A stretch of 64,000 nucleotides of DNA from a virus (Duplodnaviria; Caudoviricetes): positions 7,587 to 71,586 of the IMG/VR virus record IMGVR_UViG_3300032007_000075, one strand, 5' to 3'. The notes beneath the pieces are model-generated. The model was not told where the DNA came from. It saw nothing but the letters and a program-made list of their open reading frames with translations, and searched no databases. Positions 56,919-64,000 of this stretch are shown one piece after another (the stretch's first letter is position 1; every line of letters begins with the position of its first letter). The translations under genes and the position numbers were made by a program.

Positions 56919-57494
56919 TTAAATAATCTTATTCCACGCATCAGAATCTATACGTTTAGAATATATATAATGAGTCGCTCCAGATGCGGTATTTGTTGAA
57001 ATCAACAGCGTTGAAAAATTGACAGCATCATATCTATTTCTTATGATAATTGCTGATCCAGATATGCCAGATGGGGCGTCTGAAGCATTTTGAATATATC
57101 CTGTAACAAATGCCCCCTCTCCAAAAGTTGAGATGGCTACATTGTCTTTTCTTCCATTTTCTTTCATAAACCATCCGCCCAGAACTGATGCGAGGTTCGC
57201 AGGGGTGATAGATCCGAGATCGTGGTTGGCGTCGGTGGCGAGGACGCGGGAGATGGCGGTACCTTTGTCAAGATTGTCTACCAATGCGCCGAATGCCGAG
57301 CGGACAGCCTCGTCGATGTACGCCTTGATGGCGGTGTTGAATCCGTCGTCATCGCCATTGACGAGCAGGAACTTCAGGTTGGCGATAGCCGATGCGCCAG
57401 CGACTGCTGAGCGCTCCTTCAACTGACGGTCCTTATAGTACACGTTCACACCTCCAACGGAATTGTGATCAGAAAATTGTCTATTGTCTGCCAT
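56919..57494 (-). CDS. Expressed tail-fibre tip/adhesin: 104-aa constant region plus variable cassette 31 (57182-56919)
   Basis: Has a real start (MADNRQFS); junction ...ANLASV|LG at GTTCTGGGCG 57185-57176; last gene of the minus-strand fibre cluster. Confidence 0.9.
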   Translation of the reverse strand: MADNRQFSDHNSVGGVNVYYKDRQLKERSAVAGASAIANLKFLLVNGDDDGFNTAIKAYIDEAVRSAFGALVDNLDKGTAISRVLATDANHDLGSITPANLASVLGGWFMKENGRKDNVAISTFGEGAFVTGYIQNASDAPSGISGSAIIIRNRYDAVNFSTLLISTNTASGATHYIYSKRIDSDAWNKII

Positions 57495-57600
57495 AATTTG
57501 TTTCCTTTCTATTCTTTATGGCAGCGGCGACACTCCTGTCAACCGCTGCAAAGTTAATGATAAATTTCCGATTTCTCTTGTTTTTGATTCTTAAAAGATG

Positions 57601-58200
57601 TTATTCAACCTCATTCCATCCTGCGAGTGAGGCGATGGGGCGCACGCAGAGTTCGTCGCTCTGACCCATCCACATGGCGAACCGTCCGTCGGCCATCGAC
57701 ATGTGCCAGGGATAGTCGTTGGAGAACATCTGTGAGGTCCAGTAGGGCAGGTCCTCGCTCAGCGGGTCGCCACCGACGGCCTCCAGCAGCGCGTTCACCT
57801 CCTGCTTGTGGGCGAAGATGAGTGCCATCTCGCCGCCTGCTGGCAACCATCCGAACGCCTTCGATGCGACAGCGGCACCGTCGGTCAGTTCATAGTGCGC
57901 GATGATGAAGTCGGTGCGCTGCTCACCGTCGAAGTCGGTCATCGACGATGTGATGTCGCGGCGCTTGTCGCCCTCGGGCACGTCCTGCGACTCTCCGCCG
58001 TAGTTGAGCAACTGCTCGGCAAGGGCGATGAGCATCTCGTGCTCGCCGTCCTTGATGGCGATGCCGTTGACGGTGTAACCACTCTCGTAACCCTCCATCG
58101 AGGGGACGAGAATCTTCTGTTTGCCCCGATTCTTTGTCAGGGCGATGAGTACCTTGGCGCCCGTGGGCTGCTCCTGTACGTTCAATGTTTCTTCTGCCAT
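57601..58200 (-). CDS. DUF1566/C-type-lectin-fold-like protein (putative adhesin)
   Basis: WLPAGGEM...YWTSQ...W.M...DG......CVRPI pattern. Confidence 0.7.
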   Translation of the reverse strand: MAEETLNVQEQPTGAKVLIALTKNRGKQKILVPSMEGYESGYTVNGIAIKDGEHEMLIALAEQLLNYGGESQDVPEGDKRRDITSSMTDFDGEQRTDFIIAHYELTDGAAVASKAFGWLPAGGEMALIFAHKQEVNALLEAVGGDPLSEDLPYWTSQMFSNDYPWHMSMADGRFAMWMGQSDELCVRPIASLAGWNEVE

Positions 58201-58228
58201 AGTTTTATCGTTTTTGTTGTTATTCTGA

Positions 58229-58738
58229 TTAGTGGAAAATCATACCTTCAGTGGTTGGATCGTACTCCACGCGACTTGTATCTGCTGGGAACACCATGCA
58301 CTCGTTCACGGGGTCGTAGTAGATGGCGAGTTTCGAGTCGACCTCGGCCTTGGTGTAGGCGTTGGCGAGTTCGCCGACGATATCAAACTGCGTGCCGTTG
58401 TAGCGCAGCATCACCTTCATGCCAGCACCGATCATGTTGGCGGCCAGGGCGGCACCTTTATAGTAGATGGGCTTGGCGGCGAGGGTCGCGGTGGAGCCAG
58501 ATGCGCCGTAGGTGACGGCGAGGGTGGCCGATGCGACGGTGATGGCGTTCTGGAAGGTGACGAGCAGCGTGGCGCCGGCGACGGGCGAGAACGTCGTGCC
58601 GACGGTGACTTCCTTGGCGGCGGTGGCGGCGGCGGTGGTGCAGGTACCCTCCGAGCCGATGCCCTTGTTGTGGATGACCTTGCCGAATGCCTGCATGTCC
58701 TCCACGTTCACGGTTTTCTTTTTCTCTTGTTCTGTCAT
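58229..58738 (-). CDS. Tail-fibre-associated protein
   Basis: GTCTTAAATAAKEV...GATLLVTF...AKPIYY.G...YNGTQF fibre domain. Confidence 0.7.
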   Translation of the reverse strand: MTEQEKKKTVNVEDMQAFGKVIHNKGIGSEGTCTTAAATAAKEVTVGTTFSPVAGATLLVTFQNAITVASATLAVTYGASGSTATLAAKPIYYKGAALAANMIGAGMKVMLRYNGTQFDIVGELANAYTKAEVDSKLAIYYDPVNECMVFPADTSRVEYDPTTEGMIFH

Positions 58739-58750
58739 ATCGCAAAATAT

Positions 58751-58888
58751 TTAAGTGAGTTCTCCAGCTGCGGCCTCGCTCTCGGCGATGGTGGCCACCG
58801 ACTGCGAGGGCATCTCTTCCTTCAGTTTTGTGCGGAACCGATTGAGCCGTCGCACGGTCACGTACTTTGTTTCGTTTGTTAGTGCCAT
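58751..58888 (-). CDS. Small fibre-associated protein (45 aa, MALTNETKYVTVRRLNRF...AESEAAAGELT)
   Basis: Hand-translated; shares its N-terminal motif with 59926 and its C-terminal motif with 61633. Confidence 0.7.
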   Translation of the reverse strand: MALTNETKYVTVRRLNRFRTKLKEEMPSQSVATIAESEAAAGELT

Positions 58889-58957
58889 ATCTCTTGATGT
58901 TTTAAAATGTTTGGCAAGCCAGCAGGGAGTCGAACCCTGCTGACCCGTTGAGAGAGA

Positions 58958-59926
58958 TTAAGCGAAGATGCTGTCGATGTCAGAGTCGGAGCACTCCAGC
59001 AGGCCGTCGAGCTTCTCCTTGTCGGTGGCGAGCATCAGGCCGTTTGTGCCGCCCGTGCCGGAGGTAGAGGCAGACACGTTGGGAACGGTCTTCTTGTGGA
59101 CGGAGATCTCACCGTTCTGGTCCTGCGTCACGCTGTCGACGAAGGTGGTGTCGTTGCCGCTGGTGGTGGCGTCGCTGTCGGCCACTGCCGTCTGCTTGGT
59201 CTTGTAGTCGCTGTGCTTGTGACCAGAGTCAACGGGGTTGCCGTTGGCGTCGAAGGCAGCGAAGTTACCCTCCACGGCGTCGGCGTCGACGATAGCCAGG
59301 TCGGTGGCTGCGATGCCGGAGTCGATGGGATTACCGTTGGCGTCGAACTTGGCGATGTTGCCAGTCACGGCGTCGGTGTCCTTGTCGGCCTTACCGCTGA
59401 TGTCCTGGTGAGCAACGAGAACCTGCTGAGAGAGACCTGACTTCAGAGTGATGTTCTTCTTGGTGCTGTCACCAGAAACATCCTCGATAGCCATCTCACT
59501 CTTCAGGGCGTAGCCGGAGAGGTCATACATACCCTGGAAGATGTCGTACTTGTAGACGGGCTCAGCGGCTGTGCCTACGTTTGCCACGTAGATGTTGGCT
59601 CCTGCAGGGATGCTCTTGCCAGCACCCTCTGCGAAGTCAGCGGTGGTCGTGAAGGCGTCGCTGATGTTCCACATGAAGCCGAGGTTAGCGGCTGCAAGGT
59701 CAGTGGACGGAGCGAGCTGCGAGAACGTGCGAGTTCCCTTTGGTATGATGGCAGAAGGGATAGCCTGAATCTTGCCGAGCAACTCAGCCAGAGCGGCCTC
59801 TACTGTTTCTGCACTAAGACCTGTGATGGCGGTGATGGCCTGGGTCTGATACTTGGCAGCGAGCTTGGTCTCAAAGCGCTGCAAACGTTGTACGCTAACG
59901 TACTTGGTTGGATTTGTAATTGCCAT
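58958..59926 (-). CDS. Tail fibre/whisker-like protein with two DA..GN.A.FDANGNP.DSG repeats
   Basis: 322 aa; ends SDIDSIFA. Confidence 0.75.
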   Translation of the reverse strand: MAITNPTKYVSVQRLQRFETKLAAKYQTQAITAITGLSAETVEAALAELLGKIQAIPSAIIPKGTRTFSQLAPSTDLAAANLGFMWNISDAFTTTADFAEGAGKSIPAGANIYVANVGTAAEPVYKYDIFQGMYDLSGYALKSEMAIEDVSGDSTKKNITLKSGLSQQVLVAHQDISGKADKDTDAVTGNIAKFDANGNPIDSGIAATDLAIVDADAVEGNFAAFDANGNPVDSGHKHSDYKTKQTAVADSDATTSGNDTTFVDSVTQDQNGEISVHKKTVPNVSASTSGTGGTNGLMLATDKEKLDGLLECSDSDIDSIFA

Positions 59927-60091
59927 AGTGGTAAAACAAATTTAAATTAAACATTTAGTTAACTATAGTTGGATTTTGATCCGTTGTCTTGTGTTGATAT
60001 TTCATATCGAGCCTGCTCACGCTCGGACATTGATGCGAGCATCATGTCTCTCGCTTACTCGCAGCCTGGGATTTTTGATGTTGGTGTTGGG

Positions 60092-60442
60092 TTACTTTTT
60101 GGGCTTCTTTTTCGGTGGCTTTGCGGCGGGTTTCGGTGGCTGCGGAGAGCCTTGCGCCTCGTCGAAGTCCGGGGCTGGCTGTGTAGTCTTCTTCGATGGC
60201 TTCTCAGCCTTTTTGTTCGGCTCCACCCGCATCGTGACGAACAGCCCGCCGCTGGCGTCCTGCATCAGCAGCTTCGACTGGCCCGTCTCGCGGCAGTAGT
60301 CGTTGAAAAACTCCGTAAACATCGTCATAATCTCCTCGGCAGTCACCTTGTGCGCATCGGCACTCAGCGAGCCGTCCTTCTTTTCGCGCCCGGCATAGAA
60401 GCCGTCGTCGCGCCGGTAAAGTTCAATTCCTTTCTGTTTCAT
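60092..60442 (-). CDS. Hypothetical protein with a Lys/Pro-rich tail
   Basis: 116 aa. Confidence 0.7.
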   Translation of the reverse strand: MKQKGIELYRRDDGFYAGREKKDGSLSADAHKVTAEEIMTMFTEFFNDYCRETGQSKLLMQDASGGLFVTMRVEPNKKAEKPSKKTTQPAPDFDEAQGSPQPPKPAAKPPKKKPKK

Positions 60443-60454
60443 AATTATATCGCC

Positions 60455-60754
60455 TTATGGTTTATTGAAAATGCTGTCGATGTCGCCGTCGCCCGCCTCG
60501 ATGTCCGGGTCGAGGTCTTCCTGATGCACGCCGCCGTCCTTGATCTCGTCAGTACCGACGGAATCCTTCGGAATGTCGATGGAAGAGCCCTCGGGGAAGC
60601 GGATGACCAGGTGGCGCTTGCCGACGATGGCACCCACGAGCAGGTTCGCGCCGTCCACCGTCTTATAGTAGTACCGCTGGTTGCCCTCCTGGATGGAGTC
60701 GAGCCCCTTAAAATCCTCGGGCAGGTAACTTGGATATTTGTCTGTCGTTGTCAT
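60455..60754 (-). CDS. Hypothetical fibre-associated protein (ends DIDSIFNKP)
   Basis: 99 aa. Confidence 0.7.
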   Translation of the reverse strand: MTTTDKYPSYLPEDFKGLDSIQEGNQRYYYKTVDGANLLVGAIVGKRHLVIRFPEGSSIDIPKDSVGTDEIKDGGVHQEDLDPDIEAGDGDIDSIFNKP

Positions 60755-60791
60755 ATTGATTTACGATTTACGGATTTACGATTTACGATTT

Positions 60792-61568
60792 TCAGTCGCC
60801 TTCCTCCTCTTGCATCGGGTCGTTGAAACCGCCCGAGCCGCCGGTCTGGACGTCAGGCTCGAAAATGCTGTCGATGTCGGCGTCGCTCGCCTCGTTCTCC
60901 TCCTGACTCTCGTCGATTTCCTTCTGGATCTTCTGCGGGATGGTCTCGTCGTCACTGATGCCCTGTGCGGCATCGAACATCTCAGGGATGGTGTCAATCT
61001 CACCGTTCGGGTCACGGCCCTCCCACTTCTTCAGGAACTCCTCGCCCGTCATCTTCATCTTTACTTTTCCCATATCTTCTACAATGTCTGATAATTGATT
61101 GCTGAACTGGATTCGCTTGCCATCGCTGGTATAGACGTAGTTGCCGTCGCAGTCGGCCAGATAGTCCTCGCCGTCGACGCTGACGTCCCACACCTGCTCG
61201 TACTCCACGGGGTGCCCCTCGCAGGAGTGCTGCTTGTGCGACGTCTGACAGTCCTCGATGCCCACGAACAGCGGCTGACGGTCGGTCCACACGCGGCGCT
61301 GCTTGTCGTAGTCCTCGTCCTCGTAGGCCCCGATGAACACGGCGGTGTGCTCGCCCGCCTTCACGTTCTCAAGTGCAAAGTACCACCGCGCCTCGCTGTC
61401 GTAGAAGCAGTCGTTCTTCCCAATGCGGGCCACGACGCGGCCATACGAGTTCTTGACGATAATCTCAAACCAATCCCTCGCCAGGTTGAAGTCCTCCTTC
61501 GAGGCCGTCACCCTGAACTTGCCGTCCGTGCCGACTGGTAATTGTGGTATGTATCTTGGTTCTGCCAT
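60792..61568 (-). CDS. Hypothetical baseplate/fibre-associated protein (ADIDSIF near the C-terminus)
   Basis: 258 aa, after promoter 61593-61627. Confidence 0.75.
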   Translation of the reverse strand: MAEPRYIPQLPVGTDGKFRVTASKEDFNLARDWFEIIVKNSYGRVVARIGKNDCFYDSEARWYFALENVKAGEHTAVFIGAYEDEDYDKQRRVWTDRQPLFVGIEDCQTSHKQHSCEGHPVEYEQVWDVSVDGEDYLADCDGNYVYTSDGKRIQFSNQLSDIVEDMGKVKMKMTGEEFLKKWEGRDPNGEIDTIPEMFDAAQGISDDETIPQKIQKEIDESQEENEASDADIDSIFEPDVQTGGSGGFNDPMQEEEGD

Positions 61569-61592
61569 AATGCTCGTTTCGTTTTGCTGATG

Positions 61593-61627
61593 CTAAGTTA
61601 ATGTCAAGCGGATTTCAAAATGGGACA
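61593..61627 (-). promoter_or_regulatory. Phage-type promoter TGTCCCA-N20-TAACTTAG
   Basis: Motif and spacing conserved. Confidence 0.55.
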
Positions 61628-61632
61628 ACTGC

Positions 61633-63252
61633 CTAAGTCAACTCCTGAGCGGCGGACTGCGACTCGGCGACGGAGGCATAGACAATCGTCGAATAGAAGG
61701 CGTCGGCCATCGCCTGTTTCTGTGCCTCGGTCAGTTCGTCGAAGTTGATGATCATCTTGTTCGTGCGCACCATCGTCTCCGTGTCCTCGTTCCACACCCA
61801 GATGTAGCCGTCCTGACGCACCTCCATCGGGTGGTCGTTATAGCCCTGGGCACGGTCGCCCTCCTCCTCGGCATGAGCGGTGGCCACAACGGCGGCGTCA
61901 TGATCGTCCGTAGCGGTCTGATGGTCGTTGGTGGCGGTACCGTGGTCGGTCTGCGCCGTCCCGTGGTCGCTGGTGGCGATACCGTGGTCGTCCTGCGCCG
62001 TCGTGTGGTCGCTCGTGGCATAGCCGTGGTCGGTGTCTGCCGTGGTGTGGTCCTGTTCGGCCCGTGTGTGGTCGCCGTCCGCCGTCTGGTGGTCGGTCTC
62101 GGCGCGTCCGTGGTCGGTCTCCGCCCTTGTGTGGTCGCCTTCTGCCGTCTGGTGGTCGGTGCCCGCAGTCGTATGGTCCTGCGTGGCGGTCGAGTGGTCG
62201 GTCGAGGCGGTCGAGTGGTCGTTCTCGGCACGGGTATGGTCGCCCTCGATGACGGGTTTGTAGTTATTCATCCAGTCGGCCCACGCACTCGAAGAAGCCT
62301 GGTCGAGGTCGGAAAGGAAGGTGAACGCCCCTATGCCAGCCGAGGCGGGTTGCGAGTTACGACTCCAGAGCGTGGCGTTGTCGGTGGCCGTCGGGTCGGT
62401 AGTGGCAATCATACAGAACTGACCGGCACGGATGTTCGCCGCGTCGTCTATCATCGCCTGCTTCGAGGTATATACGTGACTGGGGTCGATCTCGAAACCG
62501 ATGTTCACCGAACGACTCACCCCGTTGCGGTCGGTGATGGTCACGGTCATACCCGTCAGGTCGGCGTTCACGTTCGACGCCTCCTGCGTGGCGGCGACGC
62601 TGGCCGAGTGGTCCTGCGTGGCGGTGTTGTGGTCCTGCAAGGCGGTACCGTGGTCGGTGGTCGCCGTCGAGTGATCCTGCTCGGCGCGGGTATGGTCTGT
62701 TCCAGCTGTACCGTGATCAGTTGTGGCCGTCGTGTGGTCGCTCGTGGCATAGCCGTGGTCGGTGTCTGCCGTGGTGTGGTCCTGTTCGGCCCGTGTGTGG
62801 TCCTGCGTGGCCGTCGAGTGGTCGGACGACGACTGCTGCTCACGCGCCGACTCCTGCTGCTGACGGGTCGTCTCGTTCGACTGGCGCTGACCCTCGTTGG
62901 CCTCGATGGCGACGCGCGACTGGTTGGCGGCGGTGGCGGCCTGGTTGGCACCGTCGCGGGCGGCTTCGGTCTGATCCTTCAACTCCTCCACACCGTCGAT
63001 GGCGGCCTCGGCAGCGGCGGCGAGGTTGTCGAGGAAGGTCTTAAACGTCTGCATGGGGATGTGACAATAGGAGTCAAACCTGTTGTCGCCGTTGGGATTG
63101 TAGGGGGCGGTATAGCGCACAGCGGGCAGCGTCACCGCCATGTCCATCCTGTCGATGGTCATCACGGGGATGTCGCCGGCCTCGATATTCTTACCATATT
63201 CTTCCTGGCATTCGAGCCATTGCTCACGAAATTCTTCAGATACTCCTGCCAT
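61633..63252 (-). CDS. Fibre-like coiled-coil protein with Asp-His heptad repeats (xDHxxAx)n
   Basis: 539 aa; two blocks of DH heptads flanking a globular segment. Confidence 0.8.
   Translation of the reverse strand: MAGVSEEFREQWLECQEEYGKNIEAGDIPVMTIDRMDMAVTLPAVRYTAPYNPNGDNRFDSYCHIPMQTFKTFLDNLAAAAEAAIDGVEELKDQTEAARDGANQAATAANQSRVAIEANEGQRQSNETTRQQQESAREQQSSSDHSTATQDHTRAEQDHTTADTDHGYATSDHTTATTDHGTAGTDHTRAEQDHSTATTDHGTALQDHNTATQDHSASVAATQEASNVNADLTGMTVTITDRNGVSRSVNIGFEIDPSHVYTSKQAMIDDAANIRAGQFCMIATTDPTATDNATLWSRNSQPASAGIGAFTFLSDLDQASSSAWADWMNNYKPVIEGDHTRAENDHSTASTDHSTATQDHTTAGTDHQTAEGDHTRAETDHGRAETDHQTADGDHTRAEQDHTTADTDHGYATSDHTTAQDDHGIATSDHGTAQTDHGTATNDHQTATDDHDAAVVATAHAEEEGDRAQGYNDHPMEVRQDGYIWVWNEDTETMVRTNKMIINFDELTEAQKQAMADAFYSTIVYASVAESQSAAQELT
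61997..62802. repeat. 77-bp exact direct repeat (61997-62073 and 62726-62802) within a 21-bp-period repeat region
   Basis: GCCGTCGTGTGGTCGCTCGTGGCATAGCC...CCCGTGTGTGGTC occurs twice. Confidence 0.85.
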
Positions 63253-63278
63253 AGTCTCGTTCTGTTTTTATGTTACTG

Positions 63279-63312
63279 CAAAGTTATGTCGTCACGCTGC
63301 CAAAGTGGGACA
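63279..63312 (-). promoter_or_regulatory. Phage-type promoter TGTCCCA-N19-TAACTTTG
   Basis: Motif upstream of the DH-heptad gene. Confidence 0.6.
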
Positions 63313-63317
63313 AGGGG

Positions 63318-63593
63318 TTATTCCGACGACTCGGCAAGCGATTTCAGAGAGTCAATAAACGATGGCGTCATCGCCTGCTCTGCAAACAGCAGCATCAACT
63401 GGAACTCCTCGGGCGAATAATCCGTCGCTCCCTGCGAATTGTATATCTTCAGAGCCAGGGCATGACAGACAATGCCCTGCCCTCTGTCATACATTTCGTT
63501 GGCAAATACTTGTCTCACATCCATCATTTCCTTCGTCTGATGGTCTATCCCCTTATAGAGGACAAAATGTTCAAAATCTATTTTCATATTCAT
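63318..63593 (-). CDS. Small hypothetical protein (possible fibre assembly chaperone)
   Basis: 91 aa directly after a tail-fibre C-terminus. Confidence 0.65.
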   Translation of the reverse strand: MNMKIDFEHFVLYKGIDHQTKEMMDVRQVFANEMYDRGQGIVCHALALKIYNSQGATDYSPEEFQLMLLFAEQAMTPSFIDSLKSLAESSE

Positions 63594-63600
63594 TTCGTTT

Positions 63601-63999
63601 TTACGGGTCGTTCACTCTCAAATATCCGTCTCCATCCACATAGACACCGCCAGTACCGGCTGTACTGCTGGATCTCTGCCATGCTCCTTTTGTAGCACTA
63701 ATGAAAACTTTTCCGCTACTGTCTATTCCAAGGTCGAGTTCTTTTAAAGACCCGTTTAGCATGTGGCGCATATACAGATTACTCTTAGTTGTATCTGCAT
63801 ATAGTTGTGAATAGTTGTTGTCATTGTTGGGAGTACCTACACGAATCAGATATTGCCTGAACATGTTATTTCCTCCAAGGTCAAGGATAGGACCTGTTGA
63901 ACCGCCATCACTTCTAAAGCCCAAAGTGAAAGCCTGTTTGGTGCCGATATAACCCTTGATGGAAGATCCACTATTGCTCGGTATAATCTTGATACTGTT
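63601..63999 (-). CDS. C-terminus of a tail/fibre protein (starts beyond the right edge)
   Basis: Frame open to the window edge; Gly/Ser/Asn-rich beta pattern; ends GGVYVDGDGYLRV. Confidence 0.7.
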   Translation of the reverse strand, partial: NSIKIIPSNSGSSIKGYIGTKQAFTLGFRSDGGSTGPILDLGGNNMFRQYLIRVGTPNNDNNYSQLYADTTKSNLYMRHMLNGSLKELDLGIDSSGKVFISATKGAWQRSSSTAGTGGVYVDGDGYLRVNDP

Positions 64000-64000
64000 A

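Larger units (their letters stand above)
49284..56920. terminator. Sixteen bidirectional intrinsic terminators inside the array (mostly AAAAGG(T/A)GG-loop-CC(A/T)CCTTTT)
   Basis: Hairpins start at about 49284, 49775, 50250, 50796, 51368, 51605, 51896, 52300, 52559, 53190, 53791, 54457, 55023, 55719, 56288 and 56890. Confidence 0.85.
48783..57184. repeat. Shufflon-like array: 31 recombination cores CTGGGCG (mostly TCTGGGCG) in both orientations
   Basis: 16 cores on plus and 15 on minus; each opens an in-frame stop-terminated cassette (all lengths checked as multiples of 3). Confidence 0.93.

Noticed and set aside
48783-57184. CRISPR array or integron interpretation of the repeat region
   Set aside because: The repeats are only 7-9 bp cores in both orientations, the intervals are 170-320 bp in-frame ORFs, there are no cas genes, and there are no attC-like long palindromes; cassettes lack usable starts of their own.
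48785-58200. Diversity-generating retroelement
   Set aside because: No reverse transcriptase and no template/variable repeat pair differing at adenines; the cassettes are mutually dissimilar.
58880-58990. Full tRNA gene
   Set aside because: No acceptor 5' strand (AAGCCAG), D-arm or anticodon arm at the required spacing; kept only as a low-interest fragment.

Overview
The window is a continuous 64-kb segment of a tailed dsDNA phage or prophage with a long tape measure gene, probably infecting Bacteroidales (Prevotella-like). The host call rests on TAnnTTTG promoters and the gene content. Minus-strand morphogenesis genes (tape measure, head-tail, portal, terminase; then prohead protease, capsid, tail tube; then tail fibres) surround a plus-strand accessory/early block at 18.6-35.5 kb: two tandem SF2 helicases, a radical SAM protein, MazG-like and GNAT proteins, and many small ORFs. 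The standout system is at 47.4-57.5 kb: a tyrosine recombinase gene beside an AT-rich array of 31 cassettes with no usable start of their own. Every cassette starts in frame at the same core CTGGGCG (Leu-Gly) and ends in a stop codon, mostly at a bidirectional terminator. One cassette is currently fused to a 104-aa constant N-terminus of a small tail-fibre/adhesin gene. This is a very large shufflon-like receptor-binding-tip switching system (inferred; not demonstrated). Other notable signals: two copies of a C4/CI-like antisense-RNA leader with covarying targets; a phage-specific promoter motif GTC(C/A)CA-N18-20-TAnnTTTG (10 sites); matching putative -1 frameshift signals at the ends of the capsid and tail-tube genes; a TnpB gene; and a tnpB right-end remnant cut exactly at the last shufflon site. 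All coordinates were read by hand and may be off by a few bases. No database searches were run.
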